Under the pieces are notes generated by a model that did not search any database, was not told where the DNA came from, and was given only the letters and a program-made list of their open reading frames with translations. From Gemmatimonadota bacterium (GTDB lineage Bacteria > Gemmatimonadota > Gemmatimonadetes > Gemmatimonadales > Gemmatimonadaceae), in the NCBI GenBank assembly GCA_040389905.1, contig JAZJZK010000014.1, positions 64,001 to 128,000 on the forward strand: a stretch of DNA of 64,000 nt, read 5' to 3'. The translations under genes were made by a program, and so were the position numbers. Shown piece by piece: positions 56,650 to 64,000 of this stretch. Numbering within the stretch: position 1 is the stretch's first letter; each line of letters opens with the position of its first letter.

Positions 56650-58550
56650 GTGGGCTTCTCCGCTGCAGGTAGGGTAAGGCGAAACGTTGCGCCTTCGCCC
56701 GGTGTGCTCGTTGCCGTCAGGTCGCCGTCGTTCGATCGTGCGAGCGTCCTGGACACGGCGAGCCCGAGACCGATGCCGCGCGCCTTGGTTGTGAACAGCG
56801 GCTCGAAGATCTTGTCGACATTCTCCGGCTGAATTCCGCCGCCGGTGTCCGTCACGTCGTAGTAGACCATTCCGTTTCCGGTCTCCGCATGAACGGTGAT
56901 TCGCCCTGGCCCCTCCAGCGCTTGAATGGCGTTGGTGAGCAGGTTGAGAATGATCTGACCGATCTGCACAGGGTCGACAGTTACCTGCGGAACGTCCTGT
57001 GGAATGTCGACGATAATCTCCGCGGACGCGGTCGGGCCGAGACGTGCGATCTGCGTCTCGGTCAATTGCAGTAGTGATGCACGCTCGCGTTGCGGAGGCC
57101 GAAGGCGCGCGAAATCCAGCAGGTCGCTGACGATCTTCTCCGAGAGCGTGATCTGCTGCTGAAGAATGTCCAGGTATTCATGCACATTCTTGGGCGACGC
57201 GGACAGCACCATTTTCAGGTAGTAGACGGCATTCGTCATCACGCCGAGCGGGTTGCGCAGTTCGTGACCGACGCCGCTCGCCAGTTGGCCGAGCATCGCG
57301 AGCTTCTCACGCCGAACCAGCGATTCCTGCGTGTCCTGCAGCTGAAGCATGGTCGCGTTGAGATCCCGCGTTCGCTCGTCGACCTTGAGCTCCAGCGCCG
57401 TCCGCGCATGCTCGACTTCCCCCGCCATCGTGCCGAAGGCACGCGCCAAGCGGCCCAATTCGTCCGATCGCCGCAGCGTGATTTGTCTCGTCACGCGCCC
57501 GTGCGCGATTTCATCGGCCGCGCGGGTGAGTTCCACGAGCGGTGCAGTGATCCGCCGGCTCACCGCCCATGCCGCGGCCAGACCGATGAGCAAGGCGAGG
57601 AGCGAGATCAGCGCGATCCGTTGCAGAAAGGACGTCACCGGTGCGAACACGGTATCAAGTGGCATCGACAAGGCGACAGCCCACGGCGTACCCGGAATGG
57701 GCGCAACGTGGAGCAGATGTCGAACGCCATCCGCATCCGAGTAGACCTGTGCCGCACCATTCGTCGACCGCGCGGTTGCCGGAAGCACGACCATGCGGTC
57801 GAAATCAGTCCAGACGCTGAAGTCCGCGTTGCCCGCGAGCAGCAACGCATTCGATCCGATGAGTTTCGAAAGCGCCGCACGCGTGCGCGGGTTGCTGACC
57901 TGCTTTCTCCAGTGCACGATGAACGCGCCGCCCGTTGCCGGCACTCGCGCCGCGGCGAGATACAACGCCGTATCGCGGACGACTCGGTACTTTCCCGTGA
58001 TGACGGAGTCGTTCCCGCGAAGCCCCGCAATGATGTCGTCAACGGTAATCGTGTCCAACACCGCACTCGCTGCGGTGCTGAGCAGAAGTGCTCCCGTGCT
58101 GTCGCGGAGTTCACTGCGCACCGTCTGTTCCGGCTGCGCACCTTTATAGGCGAGCGCGGCGCGCGCGCTGTCGTGAAGCGCGGGTGCGCGGTTCGCCGCA
58201 TAGGCGCGAATGACATCGGCATTCGCCGTTCGTGCAGACAGCGCACGAAACTGCGCGCTCGATGCCTGGAATCCGTCGCGAAACTGATTCGCCACATTCG
58301 CCAGCCGGGCCGACGACGTCTCCAGCGCTGTGCGCCGCATTTCGACGTACACCGCGGACGAGAGGACGAGAATCACGAACAGCAGTAGCGCGCCAATGAT
58401 CAAGGGCAGCGTGTGCTCGATCGACAGCCGGGCGCCGCCTCCATGCTCTGGAGATGACGCTCGATGTGTCGAATGCGGAGAACCGCTGATCAGCGCGGGA
58501 ACAGAATGGACCGGCGTGTGCACTGCATCGTCGCGAGCGCGTTCAGCCAT
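56646..58550 (-). CDS. Membrane sensor histidine kinase (Cache-like periplasmic region, HAMP)
   Basis: 2 TM, HAMP, GHELRNPL, NLLTNAIQA, GIGLGL. Exact start uncertain. Confidence 0.9.
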   Translation of the reverse strand: MAERARDDAVHTPVHSVPALISGSPHSTHRASSPEHGGGARLSIEHTLPLIIGALLLFVILVLSSAVYVEMRRTALETSSARLANVANQFRDGFQASSAQFRALSARTANADVIRAYAANRAPALHDSARAALAYKGAQPEQTVRSELRDSTGALLLSTAASAVLDTITVDDIIAGLRGNDSVITGKYRVVRDTALYLAAARVPATGGAFIVHWRKQVSNPRTRAALSKLIGSNALLLAGNADFSVWTDFDRMVVLPATARSTNGAAQVYSDADGVRHLLHVAPIPGTPWAVALSMPLDTVFAPVTSFLQRIALISLLALLIGLAAAWAVSRRITAPLVELTRAADEIAHGRVTRQITLRRSDELGRLARAFGTMAGEVEHARTALELKVDERTRDLNATMLQLQDTQESLVRREKLAMLGQLASGVGHELRNPLGVMTNAVYYLKMVLSASPKNVHEYLDILQQQITLSEKIVSDLLDFARLRPPQRERASLLQLTETQIARLGPTASAEIIVDIPQDVPQVTVDPVQIGQIILNLLTNAIQALEGPGRITVHAETGNGMVYYDVTDTGGGIQPENVDKIFEPLFTTKARGIGLGLAVSRTLARSNDGDLTATSTPGEGATFRLTLPAAEKPT

Positions 58551-58869
58551 GCGGGTGAGGCCTCCTCGTTTGTCTGCGAATTCCGGCAGCGAGTGTCAAC
58601 ACCTTCGCTGCACAACGCTTAGAAATTTCTAGCCGGTTCCGTCCCCGATGCTGTACTCAGAATCACATTTGCCGCGACGGAGTAGGCTCGTGCAATTATC
58701 GGAGTGTGCGCAGCAAATGTTGAGCGAGCGAAAGGCATCGCTGTTGTCCGGGTATTTTGTCCGGTCGCGATGTGAGGCGGTGGACAGGTGTCACGAAACA
58801 CGGCGCTGCCACCGCTCGAAGTGCGATGACAGCGCCGTCTTTTCCTTGTCGCGCCGATCGTGGGCGCGG

Positions 58870-61800
58870 CTACGAGCTCGCGTAAACGTACAACGACAGA
58901 CCCGTTGAGCTCCCTCCCGCGCTGAGGATGACGTCGAAACTTGGCGGACCAATAATCTGCCAATGACCGGCTTCCGAGACGGTGTTCACCGAGAATCCTT
59001 CCGGGAGCGCACTGCCCGCTGCGCCAAGTCCGGACTTGATCAGCGCGAGGTTCGCTGCGTTCGGGGTCAGGAAACACGCCTCGTACGTCGCGGGATCGAG
59101 CTGTGCGACCGGCGGCGTCGGAAGCCACTGGCTGATCGTTGGTTCCGCCTGTCCGCCCGGCCCCGACGTCATCTGATAGTCGAGCGTGAACAGGTTCCGC
59201 CAGATGTCGATCGCGATGCCGGCTCCGACGAACGTCGCGCCGGTCGAAGGGAAATCAGGGTTCGGCGTAATCGCGAGCAGCGACCCATTTTGCGAATAGA
59301 TCTGGAGCGCATAGTCGCTCGCGACCGGCTGGGAACCGGTGTAGTAGAGGATGTACGCACTTCCCGTCGGATCGATCGCAATGTCGAGATACGTGGGTGT
59401 GTCGCCGTTCGCCGGCTGCACGAGCGGGAACGTGGACAGATACTCATAGACGGACAGCGTATCGCCATTCAGCACGAGATCGTACGACGTCGCCGTTGAC
59501 GCATTGGCGATGATCCATCGCGTACCACCAGGAATCGCCGTGACCGTCGCGCCGAGCCACGACACGTACACATTGAGTGAGGTCGCTGCGGGCGTCGGTG
59601 AAATCACGTACGCATTCGAACACAGCGTATCGTTCACGAGCCAATCATCGCTGGCTGTGGGTGATACACTCACCGCGGCGTTAGGCGTAAGCATGATGCC
59701 AGTAGCGGTGCCAGTCGGCGCAGCGAATGCGTTGGTCACGGCCGGCGCGACGGTGCCCACGCTGAGAGACTGGGCGACGTTCGGATCGATCGAAAAGATG
59801 TAGTTGATATTGTTCGCTTGAAACGCCGACTGTAACGCCGCAGGAACAACGCCGGTGTTCAGCGAATCCAGGATCGACTGCGCTGCAACTGCGGTGAACA
59901 GGAGCGCGCCATCGAAGGACGGCGCGGGGTTGCCGAAGTGATCGAAAGCCTGCACGCGCAAGTTGCCCTGCTCGAGAATGAGAATCCTGCCGTCCGGCGC
60001 GATGTCCATCGCCACCGGCGAGTTCATCAGACCCTGCCTCGTTCCGAATCCAGAACAGGTCTGCGCCACCGGCGCGGCGCTGTCAGGCGTTACGCCCTCC
60101 GTGAGCAGCGTGACAATCGCAATGCGACTGTTTGCGCGGTTCAAACCAATCGCCACCCCGCTCTGGTGGACGACGAGTTGATCGATCGTGCTCTTGCTTT
60201 GATCCGGAAAGGTGGCCCATGCCAACGCCGGCGGTCCAATGGGAAGCGTGCCGGGTGCTCCGCTGAGATCGAGTAGGCGCAACGTCGGCGTGCCGGAGCT
60301 ATCGTCCACATAGAAGTTGTACGGCGGCGCGACACCCGCGGCGGTACTCGGTGCTGGTCCCGTTTTCTGATACGAGACGGCAAATGGGGCAGTCACGACA
60401 TTGGCGGGCGTCATGAGGCGCAGGTCGGGGTCCTTGAGCACGTTGATGCTCTGAAAGGTTCCTGCCTGCCCCGGTGCCTGCGTGTTCCCGCCGGAAAGCG
60501 GAGGATTCAGTGGAAAGCCCGTCCACGAATACGCGACGTCGTAGGTAATGTCGAGCATGTCGATGTCGCCGAGCGACCCGATCGCCTGAACGCCGACGTT
60601 CGTATTCAGGCTCGTCATCGTCGCGAGCGGCGGAGAGTCGCTCCAGACGTGTGCTTTTGCCGTTGCGTCGTAGACGATCGATTGACCGTAGCCGTACGTC
60701 GTATCCGCGGTCAGCGGCGCAAGCATCTCGGTGATGTTCCCTGTGACCATCACGGTACCAGAGCCGGCCGGCGGCGACCCGTCCACCCATCCGCTGGTCC
60801 ACGATCCACAGAGCCACCCGTTCGCGGCAAGCACCTGCACGACAACCTGAATCGTTCCACCGGCGGGTTGCATCCCGAAGTCAACGTCCACCGGCGTTCC
60901 ACTCCACGGCGAGGGCATGGTGCCCGACGTCGACGTGCTCGTGCCGCCCTGGTACTGCAACGTGGCTTGATAGGTTGCTGCGAGTGCCGGCCACACCGCG
61001 GTCGATGGATCGCCGGGCAACCCATGCTTCGGATCGGGACTGAAGGTGGCCTGGATGTCGCACGTCTGCGCGATGTCGTAAATGAGCGTCGCGGGCGCAC
61101 TGAACACCTGCGTCGATGTTTCCGTGAGCTGCATCTCGTAGCCGGTAATGGCGAGTGCACGCATCCCGAGGCCGACGATCGACGTCGAATCGACGAGCTC
61201 CATACCCGTCATGTAGGCGAGTAACTCGCTGAGGATCGCCTTGAGCGCAGTCGAGACGATCAGGCCAGCCACGATGCCGGCAAAGGTCGTGAGGAACTGT
61301 GTGGCATCGCCGATGGATGCCGTAAAGCCCGCGACACCGTTGACCGCGGCGAATGCGACGGCGACGATCGCCATCGCCGTCGTGTTGCCAGACATGAGGC
61401 TCGTAAGGAAGCTGCTCCCGCCCGTGATTCCCTGCACGAGGAACAACGCTGGGAATCCGAACTGGAAAATGCCGGTGAGGATGCCGCCGAGTACACACTG
61501 CGGATTCTGGTATCCTGATCCGCCAAGAGACCCGAAGTAGAGCGTTGCACTCGTTCCGACCGGCAGTTGGGTATTCGGGTCCAACGGCCACGGAAAGGTC
61601 ACGGTCGCCGAGGTCGAGGAAATTGGAATCCCCATGACCATCGTTTCCGGGTGAATGGGCTGGATGTACTTGAGCGTCGGCGTCTCGAGCTCCGCCATGG
61701 TCCCATTCAGGACGTTCGACCATCCGTAGTTGTCCAGGTTGACGATCTCGTTTTCATTGAAGATCGAGACATACGCGCCCAACGTTCGGACGTAGCTGTT

Positions 61801-62841
61801 GGTGACATTGACGGAGAAGGTGCCGGCGTCGAGCGCAATCGACGACGCGTCGAGCGACAGCCCGTTGTTGCCGGTCTTGTTCGTGGCGGTCCATGTGACG
61901 CTGGTCGCGTCCGGCGCGTCGTCCGCGATCGCTGGTGAGCTATTGATGACCGGAGGTGACGTCGGCGTTCCTTGCGCGACGGACCAGCTCTGGTTCTGAA
62001 GCGTCAGGTCGTTGCTCGCGGTCTGGATCGCGGTCGGCATCGCCTGCTGGTAGCCGTTGTCGGTCCCGCTTGGCCCATACAGCGACTCGCAACTCAGCTC
62101 GTATCGCTCCACGGGGTCGCCTTCGTTGGCGGCATTCGGCTCGCCCGCCGCACCAGGAATGTCGCAACCGTACGTCATCGGATTGTTCGACGCATCGACC
62201 ACTGGGACCACCCCGATCCAGGCCGCTTTCTGGTTGCGGATCGTCATGGCGTAGTTGAGCAGGGCATTCATATTCGCCGAGCCCTGGATGTGCACGTCAG
62301 AAAGCGTTGCGGCCGATGGCAGAAAGGTCGACCCCAGCTGCGGGTGGTAACCGCAGGTGGTGGCGGCGGCATCGAACGGCGTCAGGACTTTGTCGCCGTC
62401 AGCGAGGACGTCGAGTGCCTCGTAATAGTTCGGCGGAGTGGCGCAGAGGTAAACGAGCTTGGCGTGCACCACCGGTCCGTTTGCCGGATCGGCTTTCGAC
62501 TTCCGCACGCGCCGGAGATGGCTTGCCGGGATATGCGTCCCAAGTAACGCGAGACCGCGCAGCTTGATCGCCGGATTACCGTGATCGTACGTGACTCTGT
62601 ATGGCGTGATCTTGTGATCCGGCAGCAGGTCGAGCGACACATCGGCAAAATGCGTAATCCGGGACGGGCGCTTCATGCGCGCGATCGCGCGGTTGGTCAT
62701 GATCGCGTGCGCAAGCGTGGCGCCTGTGTGGGGCGTCAACGGGATTCGCTCAATGCCAACGTGCAGGCGCAAGTCCGGAGGAAAGACGCCGAAGTGCGAG
62801 AGTTCGACGTGAATGCGAACCGACGCGGCGGTGGTCGACAT
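58870..62841 (-). CDS. 1323-aa hypothetical protein: basic N-terminus, beta domains, hydrophobic helical core, NHL-like propeller, repeated small domains
   Basis: Long ORF with AGGAGA RBS; NHL-like blade LMNSPVAMDIAPDGRILILEQGNLRVQAFD; no signal peptide. Confidence 0.8.
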   Translation of the reverse strand: MSTTAASVRIHVELSHFGVFPPDLRLHVGIERIPLTPHTGATLAHAIMTNRAIARMKRPSRITHFADVSLDLLPDHKITPYRVTYDHGNPAIKLRGLALLGTHIPASHLRRVRKSKADPANGPVVHAKLVYLCATPPNYYEALDVLADGDKVLTPFDAAATTCGYHPQLGSTFLPSAATLSDVHIQGSANMNALLNYAMTIRNQKAAWIGVVPVVDASNNPMTYGCDIPGAAGEPNAANEGDPVERYELSCESLYGPSGTDNGYQQAMPTAIQTASNDLTLQNQSWSVAQGTPTSPPVINSSPAIADDAPDATSVTWTATNKTGNNGLSLDASSIALDAGTFSVNVTNSYVRTLGAYVSIFNENEIVNLDNYGWSNVLNGTMAELETPTLKYIQPIHPETMVMGIPISSTSATVTFPWPLDPNTQLPVGTSATLYFGSLGGSGYQNPQCVLGGILTGIFQFGFPALFLVQGITGGSSFLTSLMSGNTTAMAIVAVAFAAVNGVAGFTASIGDATQFLTTFAGIVAGLIVSTALKAILSELLAYMTGMELVDSTSIVGLGMRALAITGYEMQLTETSTQVFSAPATLIYDIAQTCDIQATFSPDPKHGLPGDPSTAVWPALAATYQATLQYQGGTSTSTSGTMPSPWSGTPVDVDFGMQPAGGTIQVVVQVLAANGWLCGSWTSGWVDGSPPAGSGTVMVTGNITEMLAPLTADTTYGYGQSIVYDATAKAHVWSDSPPLATMTSLNTNVGVQAIGSLGDIDMLDITYDVAYSWTGFPLNPPLSGGNTQAPGQAGTFQSINVLKDPDLRLMTPANVVTAPFAVSYQKTGPAPSTAAGVAPPYNFYVDDSSGTPTLRLLDLSGAPGTLPIGPPALAWATFPDQSKSTIDQLVVHQSGVAIGLNRANSRIAIVTLLTEGVTPDSAAPVAQTCSGFGTRQGLMNSPVAMDIAPDGRILILEQGNLRVQAFDHFGNPAPSFDGALLFTAVAAQSILDSLNTGVVPAALQSAFQANNINYIFSIDPNVAQSLSVGTVAPAVTNAFAAPTGTATGIMLTPNAAVSVSPTASDDWLVNDTLCSNAYVISPTPAATSLNVYVSWLGATVTAIPGGTRWIIANASTATSYDLVLNGDTLSVYEYLSTFPLVQPANGDTPTYLDIAIDPTGSAYILYYTGSQPVASDYALQIYSQNGSLLAITPNPDFPSTGATFVGAGIAIDIWRNLFTLDYQMTSGPGGQAEPTISQWLPTPPVAQLDPATYEACFLTPNAANLALIKSGLGAAGSALPEGFSVNTVSEAGHWQIIGPPSFDVILSAGGSSTGLSLYVYASS

Positions 62842-62875
62842 ACGAATCTCCTGGATCAGGGGAGTTGGTTTGCTG

Positions 62876-63739
62876 CTACAGGATGGACTGGATTTCGAGC
62901 GCCTGGACGATCACGGTCTTCTGGGCGATGACAGTCTCCACCTCCGCCGAGACATCGTCATTCCCGTAGTCCGTCAGCAGTGGGGGGCGATTACCGAGGT
63001 ACACCTCGTGAGGTATGAGTCCGGCGGGCAACTCCATGTCCCCTACGGTTCTGAATTCCTTGTAGAACGCCGGCACGTGCGTGATGCCGCGGGCAATCAG
63101 GCCGACCGCGCGATGATAGCCATCACGCAGGAGCAGCCGGCCCGCGTACTTCGCCACCTGCACGAACGAGGGCGCGAAGCCGACGGCGAATCCAAAACCG
63201 TGGACGCCGGGCCGCACTTCCCCCGCAAATTGTCCCTTCACGCGGAGATTCGGATTCGGCGACGAGAACACCCACGTGTTCTTCGATGCGTCATAGGCCA
63301 CCGGGATGTGCGCTGCCGCAGGCAACGGCAGCGTCACGGCGGCAATGGACGCGAGATCATCGGCGTCGACTTGCTGCACGCGCTCGGCCGCGTGATCGGC
63401 ATGAACGGTTCGCTGAATGGCGCAGATGCGAGTCAGGTCGACGAGTCGCAGCTCGAAACCGCTGTTGAAGAAGTCCGCCGCGACGTTGCTCGTGCGAAAC
63501 GCGTCGACAAAGTTGTCGAGCGACGATGACAGCGCCGTAATGGCACCGTCCTGTGCGACTCCCGGTGGTCGAGCCGCTACGTTCTCGACCGCCCGCACGT
63601 AGTGTTCGAGTTGACTGGCCGACGGTGTGAGATTCTGCCGGCGACCGGTGAGGCAGAGACGCGCCTCCTTCTCCGTCATCCAGCCAATGAGCGCGCGAGC
63701 AGGCCGCGTTGGCGAGACCAGCTCGTTGCTCGTTCCCAT
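62876..63739 (-). CDS. Hypothetical protein with a ParB/sulfiredoxin-like DGxHR motif
   Basis: ATG overlaps the upstream stop (TGATG); FVQVAKYAGRLLLRDGYHRAVGLIARGITHVP. Confidence 0.7.
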   Translation of the reverse strand: MGTSNELVSPTRPARALIGWMTEKEARLCLTGRRQNLTPSASQLEHYVRAVENVAARPPGVAQDGAITALSSSLDNFVDAFRTSNVAADFFNSGFELRLVDLTRICAIQRTVHADHAAERVQQVDADDLASIAAVTLPLPAAAHIPVAYDASKNTWVFSSPNPNLRVKGQFAGEVRPGVHGFGFAVGFAPSFVQVAKYAGRLLLRDGYHRAVGLIARGITHVPAFYKEFRTVGDMELPAGLIPHEVYLGNRPPLLTDYGNDDVSAEVETVIAQKTVIVQALEIQSIL

Positions 63740-64000
63740 CAGGGCGACGCAACCTTGGTGAAGGTGAACGTCAATTGCGTGCCCCCGATCTCTGCAATCC
63801 ACAGCGGGCCGACGGCGAAGGTCGGAAAGTTGCCGTCGGTCGTTGGGCTCCGAAGGTCCACGCTCGAGACGGTATCCGCATTCGACCACACGCCCGAGAA
63901 TCCTTGGGCGGTAGACGCCGCCGTCGCCGAATTCGCGACCCACACGAATGCATTCTGCTGCAGGGTGACGTAGCCAGTCGTTGCCTGAATGAGGATCTCC
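63739..64000 (-). CDS. C-terminal part of a beta-rich hypothetical protein (5' end outside the window)
   Basis: Frame open to the window edge: EILIQATTGYVTLQQNAFVWVANS...QLTFTFTKVASP*; stop coupled to the next ATG. Confidence 0.6.
   Translation of the reverse strand, partial: EILIQATTGYVTLQQNAFVWVANSATAASTAQGFSGVWSNADTVSSVDLRSPTTDGNFPTFAVGPLWIAEIGGTQLTFTFTKVASP

Noticed and set aside
58551..58869. Possible c-di-GMP riboswitch before the phosphorelay
   Set aside because: Only an isolated GGCAAA on the minus strand; the rest of the class I motif is missing.
62813..63529. 238-aa plus-strand ORF
   Set aside because: Antisense shadow of the ParB-like gene, which has the translational coupling and the motif.

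Overview
GC-rich bacterial chromosomal window with about 47 genes. The gene families suggest Gemmatimonadota, which is an inference and not a search result. In order: a truncated acetoacetate-CoA ligase; two tandem HEXXH metalloprotease lipoproteins; a GGDEF/EAL protein; a GH10 xylanase; an APC permease and amidohydrolase; a MacA/MacB/TolC-type operon with no ATPase; a complete SusC/SusD alpha-glucan utilisation locus (LacI, three GH13, MFS); two-component systems; a PadR-ADOP pair; an aldo-keto reductase/kinase/HAD fusion; a four-gene phosphorelay ending in HD-GYP; and an uncharacterised operon at the right edge (beta-rich protein, ParB/Srx-like protein, 1323-aa toxin-like protein with nested repeat domains). 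No rRNA, tRNA, CRISPR array or transposase was seen. Three families of short palindromic intergenic elements occur, three copies each. One family reaches into coding sequence and another shows inverted (flip/flop) inner cores. The strongest leads are the right-edge operon, the protease paralogue carrying its partner's N-terminal module inside its catalytic domain, and the AKR-kinase-HAD fusion. All calls come from reading motifs by eye; no database searches were run.
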